From Nitrospira sp. (lineage in GTDB: Bacteria > Nitrospirota > Nitrospiria > Nitrospirales > Nitrospiraceae), in the NCBI GenBank assembly GCA_005116745.1, contig SWDS01000006.1, forward strand, positions 473,708 through 537,707: a stretch of DNA of 64,000 nucleotides, read 5' to 3'. The translations under genes were made by a program, and so were the position numbers. This document shows positions 55,718 through 64,000 of the stretch, piece by piece (positions within the stretch are counted from its first letter, which is position 1; every line of letters starts with the position of its first letter). The notes beneath the pieces were generated by a model. It was not told the origin of the DNA, did not search any database, and worked only from the letters and a program-made list of their open reading frames with translations.

Positions 55718-56934
55718 CAGTGGTGTGAATCTTTTCCCGCCGATTGGCGTTGATTGAACAGGATATCGAGGAGGTCAATGAGCTTATCCACCTCGGGCTG
55801 TGTGATCACCAAGGCCGGTACAAAACGCAGTACCCGCTCGGTTGCCGCATTGATGAGCACGCCACGGGCGAGTGCATCGGCCACCACCGTTCGGGCATCG
55901 ACTTCCAACTCCATACCTTGCAAGAGACCAAGCCCGCGCACGTCTTTTACGATTCGATGGCGGTCTTTGCAGTCGGCCAACCCTTTAGCCAAGTATTCGC
56001 CCATGCGCTTGGCTTGATCCAGTATTTTTCCTTCGAGCAGGACCCGGCAGACGGCCAGCGCCGCAGCACAGGCCAAGGGGTTCCCACCGAATGTCGATGC
56101 ATGAGAGCCAGGCGTAAAGGCTACGGCCACCGATTCTTTCGCCAGACAGGCGCCGATCGGCACTCCTCCGGCGAGACCCTTTGCAAGAGTCATGATATCG
56201 GGTTTCACACCGAGTTGCTCATGGGCGAAGAAGGTGCCGGTTCGACCCATGCCTGTTTGAATTTCATCAAAAATGAGCAAGATGTCTTGCTGTGTACAGA
56301 GCTCACGCAGGCTCCTCAGATAATCCCGGTCGGCCACATGCACGCCGCCTTCCGCCTGAATCGGTTCCAGCATGATCGCCGCAGTCTTCTCATTGACCAT
56401 GGACTCGATCGCGCTGAAATCATTGAACGGGGCATAGGCAAACCCGGGCATCAGCGGTTCGAAACCCTTCTGGACCTTCTCCTGTCCCGTGGCCGTGAGC
56501 ATGCCCAGCGTGCGGCCATGGAACGAATTCTTCATCGTGATGACTTCATAACGATCAGGCCCATGTCGCTCATGCCCGTACCGTCGAGCCAGCTTAATCG
56601 CCGCTTCATTGGCTTCGGCTCCGCTGTTGCAGAAAAACACGCGGTCGGCGAACGAATGGTCCACCAGCAGGCGCGCCAGCTTCACTTGTGGTTCGGTGTA
56701 ATACAGGTTGGACGTATGGATCAGTTGGGCGGCCTGGCGTTGGATGGCTTGAACCAGGTCAGGATGACCATGCCCCAATATATTGACGGCAATCCCGCCG
56801 ACGAAATCGAGGTACTCTCGCCCCTCCAAATCGTAGACCTTTGCCCCTCGCCCTCGTACAATCGAGACCGGCTGGCGCGTGTAGGTCTGCATCAGGTATT
56901 TGGCGGCATCATCTTTCAGTTCTTCGGTCGGCAT
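55717..56934 (-). CDS. argD: Acetylornithine aminotransferase
   Basis: YLDF.GGIAVN..GH, FFCNSGAEANEAA.K, FHGRT, EPIQAEGG, DEIQTGMGRTG, AKGLAGG.P.GA, HASTFGGNP. Start probably ATG 56934. Confidence 0.95.
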   Translation of the reverse strand: MPTEELKDDAAKYLMQTYTRQPVSIVRGRGAKVYDLEGREYLDFVGGIAVNILGHGHPDLVQAIQRQAAQLIHTSNLYYTEPQVKLARLLVDHSFADRVFFCNSGAEANEAAIKLARRYGHERHGPDRYEVITMKNSFHGRTLGMLTATGQEKVQKGFEPLMPGFAYAPFNDFSAIESMVNEKTAAIMLEPIQAEGGVHVADRDYLRSLRELCTQQDILLIFDEIQTGMGRTGTFFAHEQLGVKPDIMTLAKGLAGGVPIGACLAKESVAVAFTPGSHASTFGGNPLACAAALAVCRVLLEGKILDQAKRMGEYLAKGLADCKDRHRIVKDVRGLGLLQGMELEVDARTVVADALARGVLINAATERVLRFVPALVITQPEVDKLIDLLDILFNQRQSAGKDSHH

Positions 56935-57087
56935 GACGACGTATCCCCTTAAGAAAGAAGAAAAAGCTAGCACAGGGGCAATGGGAAGAGCAATAAGCGG
57001 AGCAGCGGGAAATTACTGTCAGAAGTCGCGTGCACGACATTCTCCAATCAGCTATTACGCGATAGGTGGTATCCTCCTGTTCCGAGT

Positions 57088-57759
57088 GTGGTAAGCTGCG
57101 TCGCCATGATGATGTGCAGTCAGTGCAGCCAACAGAACTCCGACGAGGCCCATTTCTGTCATCAGTGTGGAGCCAAGCTGGCTGAGGCCACGACTGCCGC
57201 AGAGACCGCTACTGACAGGTCCACTGCTCAGCCGATTCAAAACGAGGACACGCTCTGGCGCCAATTCCTCGGTCCCAACGCCGACCACTACCTGACCGTG
57301 TTTAAGAAATTTTCGTCGAATGGTCAGCCCAAGTTTGCGCTTTCGTGGAACTGGCCGGCCTTTCTCTATATCTCCTTTCTGTGGTTTTTGTACCGTAAGA
57401 TGTATCTGCACGCGTTCGTCTACGCGGTCGGCCCGATGGTCTCGACCTACCTCACAGGAGATTTTTCAGCAGGCATCGTGTGGAGCGTCATGGCGGGAGC
57501 GACTGCGAACTATCTGTATTTTTGGCATTGCCATGAGCACATCGGTGAAATCAAGAAAGCCGGCCGGATGAATGTTGCCGCGCAAGAAACCGCACTGAAG
57601 GAATCAGGCGGGGTGCAGCCCTATGTCATCTGGGTCGGTGTGGTTTTCTACATTATCTTCCTGGCGACGTTGACGAAGATGGTGCAAGAAGGCCCACCTG
57701 ATGTGGAGCAATCACCCGGTCGACCGGCCAAACAGGCGGTCTTGCAGTCACAGGCTTGA
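57088..57759 (+). CDS. Zinc-ribbon DUF2628-like membrane protein
   Basis: CSQC...FCHQCG ribbon; SWNWPAF...LWFLYRKMY DUF2628-type motif. Confidence 0.85.
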   Translation: MVSCVAMMMCSQCSQQNSDEAHFCHQCGAKLAEATTAAETATDRSTAQPIQNEDTLWRQFLGPNADHYLTVFKKFSSNGQPKFALSWNWPAFLYISFLWFLYRKMYLHAFVYAVGPMVSTYLTGDFSAGIVWSVMAGATANYLYFWHCHEHIGEIKKAGRMNVAAQETALKESGGVQPYVIWVGVVFYIIFLATLTKMVQEGPPDVEQSPGRPAKQAVLQSQA

Positions 57760-57827
57760 CTTGGCGCGACAACTCAGTATGCTTTGATCCCTGATGAGAT
57801 GTTCAGGTTGATAATAAAGGATCTACG

Positions 57828-58433
57828 ATGGCTCGATTAGTCTTGCTTCGGCATGGGGAGTCGCAATGGAACTTGGAAAATCGCTTCACGGGGTGGGTTG
57901 ATGTCCCACTTTCCCCCAAAGGGATTGAGGAAGCGAAACAAGCTGGTGAAAAGCTCCGTGGGTTTAGCTTTGACCGGGCGTTCACATCGGTGCTCACTCG
58001 CGCGAATGAGACCTTGAGACTTGTCTTGGAGGCCATTGGCCAAACGACCATCCCGATCGAGAAGGACAAGGCCTTGAACGAGCGGATGTACGGAGATCTT
58101 CAAGGGCTGAATAAGGCCGAAACCGCCAAGCAGTACGGTGATGCGCAAGTAAAAATCTGGCGACGGAGCTATGATGTGAGACCGCCTGGCGGAGAAAGCC
58201 TCAAGGATACGGCTGAGCGCGCGTTGCCCTATTATGAGAAGATGATCAAGCCCTGTGTATTGAAGGGGGAAACTATCATCATTGCGGCGCATGGCAACAG
58301 CCTTCGTGCGTTGGTGATGGAACTCGAGCAATTGTCGAAGGAAGAGGTGTTGGAGCTCAACATTCCGACCGGCATGCCGCTTCTCTACGAATTGGATGAC
58401 AGCGGCAAGGTATTGTCACACCGGTATTTGTGA
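57828..58433 (+). CDS. gpmA: 2,3-bisphosphoglycerate-dependent phosphoglycerate mutase
   Basis: [51 protein letters not shown]. Confidence 0.97.
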   Translation: MARLVLLRHGESQWNLENRFTGWVDVPLSPKGIEEAKQAGEKLRGFSFDRAFTSVLTRANETLRLVLEAIGQTTIPIEKDKALNERMYGDLQGLNKAETAKQYGDAQVKIWRRSYDVRPPGGESLKDTAERALPYYEKMIKPCVLKGETIIIAAHGNSLRALVMELEQLSKEEVLELNIPTGMPLLYELDDSGKVLSHRYL

Positions 58434-58442
58434 GCGTGTAGT

Positions 58443-58925
58443 TTATCCCACCTCTTCGAGCAACTTGCCGTATTCCGAAGCTGGCGCATAGTCGATCAGC
58501 AATACGAGCAGCTTTGCTTGATCCTCCGGCGAAATGATGCCTTGATCCTCCATCAGTGACGCCGTCTCCGCGCAAACACCCATGGGATTCATCCCTTCCT
58601 GATCGATCAGGCGTGCATAGTGTGTTTGCCGGTCGTTCAGTTCCGGTTGATACTCGTCCCAGGTTCCAGCTCCGCACCACCCTGATTCCCACCATGCCTT
58701 CCGGACAGACTCCAACAGGGCCTCTGTAATGGCGGCCCTGTACTTGGCGGGGATATGCGCATCCACCGCAGCCAGGATCCAATACAGATTTAACGACAAG
58801 ATTTCGCGAGCGATCTGGCCGGAGGTCGATTCCGATGCCTCGACTCCGTATTCCTCAAGCTGAGACACGGTGAGAGGTTGCGGCATAGCGTTGAATAAGG
58901 CAGCTGCGGCTTGAGTAGGAGTCAT
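58443..58925 (-). CDS. Hypothetical protein
   Basis: 160-aa helical ORF convergent with gpmA. Confidence 0.75.
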   Translation of the reverse strand: MTPTQAAAALFNAMPQPLTVSQLEEYGVEASESTSGQIAREILSLNLYWILAAVDAHIPAKYRAAITEALLESVRKAWWESGWCGAGTWDEYQPELNDRQTHYARLIDQEGMNPMGVCAETASLMEDQGIISPEDQAKLLVLLIDYAPASEYGKLLEEVG

Positions 58926-59084
58926 CTCAATTTTCCTGTTGGCGTGTAGAATACTGCAGGGTGCGTCATGCCCTCAAGTGGTGGCTTAGATGGGAAACAT
59001 TGCGGTGATTCACATATCCTTCAGAACATACAAGAGAGGGCGGGACTCTAAACAGGTAGGGGCAGCTTTGTAGGAAACCGACCG

Positions 59085-59117
59085 AACCATGTCGGCCTAT
59101 GAGAGGCCGACATGGTT
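59085..59117. terminator. Perfect 14-bp hairpin downstream of the OmpA-domain gene
   Basis: AACCATGTCGGCCT-ATGAG-AGGCCGACATGGTT, 12 bp past the stop at 59130. Confidence 0.7.
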
Positions 59118-59129
59118 GTCTGTTGAGTA

Positions 59130-60542
59130 TCAGCGATTCGAAACTTTTTTGACCATTCCACTGTATTGGGATGTGTCACGAGTGTTGCGTGTAACCTGCT
59201 CGTCTGTTTCACCTGTGGAGGCGATTGGCTGAGGTGATTGGGTCACGACAATCTCAACCCGCCGGTTCTTGCTCCGGCCTTCTTCCGTATCGTTGGTCGC
59301 GATGGGCCGTGCGTCCGCATACCCGACAGCTCTAACGCGGTCGACCCCTAACCCTCCCTTAACCAACGCCTTGCCGGCATTTTCGGCGCGCGCCTGAGAA
59401 AGCTCAGCGTTATCCTTAAACGGCCGCCGAGGATTGTACTTGACCGGTATGCTGTCGGTATGTCCGGCGACTTCGACGCTCTCGGGACGGAACTTACGCA
59501 AGGCCACGCCGATTCGCTTGACTAAGGAGTTTCCCGCCGCCGTCATGGTCACTCGTCCTATGCCAAACAGTTCACCCGACGACAATGCGAGCGTGAGTTT
59601 GTCGCCGCGCTGCTCTAACACCACGGTGCCTCGTTTGAGTTCGTCCTGGAGGGCGCTCGCCAGCTTCTCGCTGACCCGAGAGAGGTCAGTCGTGGCACGC
59701 GCCGTCGTGATGGTTGGCTGAGGCAGTGCATTCTTGGCGTAGGAAGGCAGTTTGACCGGTTTCGGCAAGCTCTTACCTAGGCTCGTGAGTAGGCGTTTCG
59801 CCTGCACGAGCTGAGAGTCGCGAGCGGCGAGTTCCATATCCATGTTGGCCTTGGCCAGCTGGAATTCCTGCTCTTTCGCCACCAATTGCAGGTCAAGGTC
59901 GGCAATCCGTTGCATCGCGGTATCAAGCTGGTCATTGTTGGTGGCAAATTGCCGCTCAATGTCGAAGACTTGTTGTCTGGCCAACTCCAGGCTGCTTCGT
60001 GTCCGGTTCAGCTCCTGCGACATATACTGGTGGGTGTCCCGTTGGGTACAGAGCCCTGCGAGTTCCTGCTCCTTTTGGGTCAGCTGCGCTTCCAAGGCTT
60101 CCGCGCGAGTCTTTTCGACGGTCACCTGATTCGCTGCCGCAGTCGTCTTCTCTCGCAGAAGGGACAACTCTTTCTCTTTAGCCGTGAGCTGTTCGAGGAG
60201 TTGCTCCAGCCGGACTGTTTCCTTCTCTGCTTCAGAAGATTGGCTCTGGGGTGTGTCGATCGTAATCGACGTCATAGGCGTAATTGACGGAGCCAGTGAC
60301 GTCTCGTCGCCGTCGACTTTGTGAACATACGAGCCCGCCTCGTAGTCCTGTTGAGCGTGCCGAGCATCGGTCGGGGTCAAGAATCCGACGAGCATGGCCA
60401 GAAGAGAACGTTGACCATTGTCCGATTGAACCGCAGTCGGCTGGCTGTCGGCAATGGACTGAGTGGCCGCAGCCTGACTCGATTCCTGTCCATTGACCAT
60501 GAAGGTGAAGAGAAACGCGAAAGCGACCAGCTTCATAATCAT
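59130..60542 (-). CDS. Exported coiled-coil protein with C-terminal MotB/OmpA domain
   Basis: Signal peptide, long heptad region, then GELF, VAGHTD..P, N..LSQARA, GY....PIA.N....GR.KNRRVEI. Confidence 0.9.
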   Translation of the reverse strand: MIMKLVAFAFLFTFMVNGQESSQAAATQSIADSQPTAVQSDNGQRSLLAMLVGFLTPTDARHAQQDYEAGSYVHKVDGDETSLAPSITPMTSITIDTPQSQSSEAEKETVRLEQLLEQLTAKEKELSLLREKTTAAANQVTVEKTRAEALEAQLTQKEQELAGLCTQRDTHQYMSQELNRTRSSLELARQQVFDIERQFATNNDQLDTAMQRIADLDLQLVAKEQEFQLAKANMDMELAARDSQLVQAKRLLTSLGKSLPKPVKLPSYAKNALPQPTITTARATTDLSRVSEKLASALQDELKRGTVVLEQRGDKLTLALSSGELFGIGRVTMTAAGNSLVKRIGVALRKFRPESVEVAGHTDSIPVKYNPRRPFKDNAELSQARAENAGKALVKGGLGVDRVRAVGYADARPIATNDTEEGRSKNRRVEIVVTQSPQPIASTGETDEQVTRNTRDTSQYSGMVKKVSNR

Positions 60543-61220
60543 ATCTCACCTCACTCAATGATGAAGTTGCAGCGACTCCGCTGTCTGGAGTCAAGTTTTG
60601 AAGTCGACCATGGAGGCAACAGCCGTTCCCGTTCACACCGTGAAAAATCCGTCACGAAACAGGGGAACGACATCAGCCAAAAACCATGAAACTGCCCCTG
60701 GTCGCTCTTATCGATCGATAAGTAGAACCAACAGGCCCTACTCTACCCTATACGCCGTCTAGCAGCGCTTTGCAACTGAGGATTTTGACTAAATGTCGTG
60801 CCCAGCAAGGCCTGCAGGGCATCTCGTTGAGAGCCGTGATAGGGACAAAAAGTAATAGGTGTTCCAGGCTGTCAGCCCACCACATCTAGTGGTCCTGGGT
60901 ATAACGGATGCCAGGATCACGCATGAGCTCGAACTCTCCGCCGCGTCGATCACCCGTATCTCCCGAAGCCGCGAGAGTGCTCCACGTGAAGGTCTACTGA
61001 GCGCAAGACATGACTCAGTCAAGCAGCCACGGCACTCAGTCCGATGGTCTACCCTTAAATATCAGCATCTGCGTGTTCGGCTATCTGCTCTGATATCCCC
61101 ACCGCGATGAATCTATTCGGATACTCACGGCGAATCGAGATAGATACACCCAGTGAGGCGTTAGTTCTCCAGGCAACAGCATAATGTTGGAAATTCAAGT
61201 CGTTATAAGTAGATTCACCA

Positions 61221-61236
61221 TGGCCCGCTCTTTGCT
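61221..61236 (+). promoter_or_regulatory. Sigma54 promoter
   Basis: TGGCCCGCTCTTTGCT (GG-N10-GC with TTGC). Confidence 0.65.
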
Positions 61237-61307
61237 TATCGAGCAGTGTGGAAGATATGGGGGACCCGCTGAATGAATCGAGGGGCTAGGGAACGAGGGA
61301 GGACCAT

Positions 61308-61550
61308 ATGATCACAGCCAAGAGCCAGTTGCTCCAGCTGACATTGTCGGCCATCACGTTCGTCTTTGTTATCGGTGCCCTCTCGACCATCTGGCCTGCC
61401 ATCATTGCCCTCTTTCTCGGTGCACTCTGGCTGCTCCAATCGTTCAGCGTCGAGCCGGAGATGGCGGTGCTGTCATGGACCGAGGTCGGTCATGTGCCGG
61501 TCGTCGTCGCCTCGCTTCGGCGACCAAGTCTTCCGGCGATGCTCTCGTGA
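61308..61550 (+). CDS. Small membrane protein (80 aa)
   Basis: Strong RBS GGGAGG; about 35-residue hydrophobic hairpin; sigma54 site upstream. Confidence 0.7.
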   Translation: MITAKSQLLQLTLSAITFVFVIGALSTIWPAIIALFLGALWLLQSFSVEPEMAVLSWTEVGHVPVVVASLRRPSLPAMLS

Positions 61551-61837
61551 CGAGTTCGAGCGGTGTTTTCGTCTGTCGAGGGCATTCCACCAGGAGGGGA
61601 TGAGCTCCTGGGTGCCCATGAGTGCCGACGCGGAAGCTCGACTCGTATGAGAGGGTCGAGGTGGGCAAGGCAAGCGTACGTATCAGTAGCCAGATGTGTT
61701 GGTTGCGTGAACCTCGCTATTCACGGTGATCGTGCAGTGTGAACCGATTCGTCACAGGTCGAGAGGATTGAAGCGGGTTAGATCAATGGTCATGCCTGAA
61801 CATCCCGCTAGAAATTGCAAGAGCATGTTTTAAAGTG

Positions 61838-62224
61838 CTACCGCCCATTTCCATCGAGGCTGCGGATCAGCACGGCACGGCCCTGGCGGTCGAGCCAGGA
61901 TTGAATGCGGTCGCCCACATGGGCTGGTCGGTCGATCTTGGTATTTTCATCATGCGGAATACGGATGTCCTGTCCCTGGGCGTCCTGAATTAGGTACGCG
62001 CCGCCCTCCACCGCTTGCACGTGACCGATAACCGAGATGGAGGATGGTGTTCCGGTGCATAGGGCCACACGTTGTTGTTCACCCAATGTTCCCGATACGA
62101 TTCCCATTCCGAGATCTTCCTGCGACGAACGTCCTTGCATGGTCGAGTGGGCGCAGCCCGTTACCAGGACCAGCAGGGTCGGTAGCCACACGGCACGTCG
62201 GCAAGCTGTGAGTATCCGTTTCAT
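61838..62224 (-). CDS. Small lipoprotein with OB-fold-like C-terminus
   Basis: Lipobox VTG-C; 'GHVQAVEGGAYLIQD.QG..IRI...ENTKI......GDRI'; GGAGGT RBS. Confidence 0.75.
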   Translation of the reverse strand: MKRILTACRRAVWLPTLLVLVTGCAHSTMQGRSSQEDLGMGIVSGTLGEQQRVALCTGTPSSISVIGHVQAVEGGAYLIQDAQGQDIRIPHDENTKIDRPAHVGDRIQSWLDRQGRAVLIRSLDGNGR

Positions 62225-62623
62225 AGGTAAGACCTCCACATTTGGTAAAGCGGGGGACTGGAGCCAGATAGGCGTGACACGCACCGCTCCAACACTATTT
62301 CATAGAGAGGCGGAATGCTCAATATTAATGCGAGAGCTCTCACTTGGAGCCGACTCAATATGAAACAGAAAAGGAGTGGTGTCTAAAGATGTGTCATGTG
62401 AGCCGTGCGCCACACAGCATGCATGGCAGTAGGCCCGATGCGCGTTCTCTTCCAAGAGAAGAAACGAATCAGTCCCCTCGCGGTGCAGGGATTCTGGCTG
62501 CCAGAACAGGAAGTCTCATGGTCACCGTGGATCAGGAGCCCATGACACACAGACCTGGACGACGATCATGTGATCGACAGGCGAGGGTGGTGGTCTTGAG
62601 AAAGATCGTGGAGCGATGAGCGA

Positions 62624-63421
62624 CTACACGAGTTGACACTCTTCTCTCGGGGCAGAGACCCTCGACCCATCGGTGAATTCCGGCAAGATTCTGACAAGGT
62701 GAAACGCGTAGGTCTGCACCAGGGACCATAATCCGTGTAATCTTTGGGGCCCCGCAAAGGGGTTCATGAGGACATATTTGGCGATGCCTGAAAGGGGAGG
62801 ACGCCCTGTGCGTACGTTCATGGCGCCGAAGTCCGGTAAGGGCAGGGCTGGGGTATCGACGACGACTCGCGCCACAACCCATGGAAGCCCATTCTCGACG
62901 GCTGCCCGTGCGATGCCATAACTTTCCATGTCCACAGCAATCGCGTCATGGAGCGCTGCGATCTCGGCCTTGGCCATGGCACAATGGATTGGTTCATCAG
63001 CCACGGTCACCAATCTTCCTTCATGCCACCGTGGGGTCTGTTTGAGGGCTTGGCCGAGACGTGGCGCTGCGGTCGCATCGTTGTCTCGAAGCGTCTCGAG
63101 GGTAGACCATTGCTGCTTCGCCTTCCCAATCGCACGCACATCTCCTGTCACCACCCAATCCGACACCTCGAGACCCTGAACCAACGCGCCACAGGTTCCG
63201 GCAGAGAGCACGTAATCTGGGTTGAATTGCCGGATCGCGTCGGCGGTCACCCGATAGGCTTGTTCGGGACCAACGCCGGTGGTTACCGCAATGATCTTCG
63301 TTTTATTGAATAGAGTCCCTTCAAACGGATTTTGTGGCCCGGGCACAGGCGTGGCCTGAAGCTCCTTGACAACCGGTCGTAATTCATCGTCACCTTCGAT
63401 GAGTAATAGAAGAGATTTCAT
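62624..63421 (-). CDS. Nucleoside phosphorylase-fold protein (MTA/SAH nucleosidase or HpnG-like)
   Basis: TTGVGP, VLSAGTCGAL, G.LVT, AVDMESYGIA..A....LPW...RVV.D; GGAGG RBS. Confidence 0.85.
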   Translation of the reverse strand: MKSLLLLIEGDDELRPVVKELQATPVPGPQNPFEGTLFNKTKIIAVTTGVGPEQAYRVTADAIRQFNPDYVLSAGTCGALVQGLEVSDWVVTGDVRAIGKAKQQWSTLETLRDNDATAAPRLGQALKQTPRWHEGRLVTVADEPIHCAMAKAEIAALHDAIAVDMESYGIARAAVENGLPWVVARVVVDTPALPLPDFGAMNVRTGRPPLSGIAKYVLMNPFAGPQRLHGLWSLVQTYAFHLVRILPEFTDGSRVSAPREECQLV

Positions 63422-63490
63422 AAATGCCTCCTTTGAGCGCGGGTTGTTCTATGGCTGAGTCTCGAACGTATCTCACGTTGAAAATACATG

Positions 63491-63505
63491 TCACATGTCG
63501 TGCCA
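63491..63505 (-). promoter_or_regulatory. Putative sigma54 promoter
   Basis: Minus strand TGGCACGACATGTGA: perfect -24 (TGGCACG), deviant -12; 70 bp upstream of ATG 63421. Confidence 0.55.
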
Positions 63506-64000
63506 GACAGGACAGACCTCTACACCTCTGCGGGAAAATTGATCATTACACATGGTATGACCAGATTTGGGTCGTCACCTGAGACAGCGCGAGACAAGAA
63601 GGTGTTTCACCATGAGGCAGTGATGAAACAGACGATAGCATCCAATGTTGCAAGGTTCTGATCTTCGTTCCGACTCTTCTCAAAATCAATTTTGAGATAG
63701 GTTCTCGTTCACTCTCAGGTTGAGGGTCCGGCTCCTAAGCCATGCATCAGACGTCGCAGCACCATAGTGTGTACCGCGAGCCGCAGGCGGGTCGTGTATC
63801 GCATGGCACGAGCACCGTAACATCTTCCAGAAACAGAAAATAGCCCAAAGTGAACACTGTGCAAGTGAGTCCGTAAGCCATAGACCCTCAGTGATGAAAC
63901 TTAGGATGTCGGGGATCAGGCGAATTCAAACTGACTCACTACCGGAGGGTGTGTCGAGTTGACGAACGACTGCCCCCGAGGCGATGCAACTGGATGTTTT

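Noticed and set aside
55744-56952. 402-aa plus-strand ORF
   Set aside because: Antisense shadow of argD.
59130-60542. OmpA/MotB-domain protein as a second ZorB or flagellar MotB
   Set aside because: No N-terminal TM helix with the catalytic Asp and no adjacent MotA-like gene.
60790-60825. Fragment resembling the 18120 repeat (CCAGCAAGGCC.GCAG) and a weak sigma54-like site (GGGCACGACATTTAG, minus strand)
   Set aside because: Too short and degenerate to support either call.
61366-61673. Several short overlapping ORFs around the 80-aa membrane protein
   Set aside because: Low-complexity Ser/Arg/Pro-rich alternative-frame translations without an RBS.
1-64000. tRNA, rRNA and CRISPR arrays
   Set aside because: No T-loop consensus in intergenic DNA, no rRNA-like tract and no regularly spaced direct repeats seen by eye.

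Overview
About 64 kb of bacterial chromosome, moderately GC-rich, most likely from a Nitrospira (Nitrospirota). This is an inference from gene content, lineage-style hypothetical proteins and a ~123-bp palindromic repeat that I recognise from Nitrospira genomes. Most of the window is housekeeping: rsmA, pdxA, gpsA, truD, dapL, folK, panC, rmuC, tal, gpmA and an argD-argF-argG-argH-lipoprotein-lysA-dapA-dapB operon. I saw no rRNA, tRNA or CRISPR array. Main points: (1) a stand-alone ZorA/ZorB-like motor pair with no Zorya effector gene, behind divergent sigma54-like promoters and near a REC-GGDEF gene; (2) a split, order-reversed AgrE/ArgZ pair (ornithine cyclodeaminase-like TIGR00300 gene plus arginine dihydrolase) within about 7 kb of the nickel-pincer cofactor genes larB and larC, suggesting a Ni-pincer-dependent arginine-to-proline, ammonia-releasing pathway in a probable nitrifier; (3) accessory patches with a higB stub plus orphan higA, a frameshifted macrodomain gene, hicBA, a GH13 gene flanked by a duplicated 37-bp promoter module, a rifampin-phosphotransferase-like enzyme and an internally deleted IS30 element. 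All calls come from reading the sequence by eye; no searches were run.
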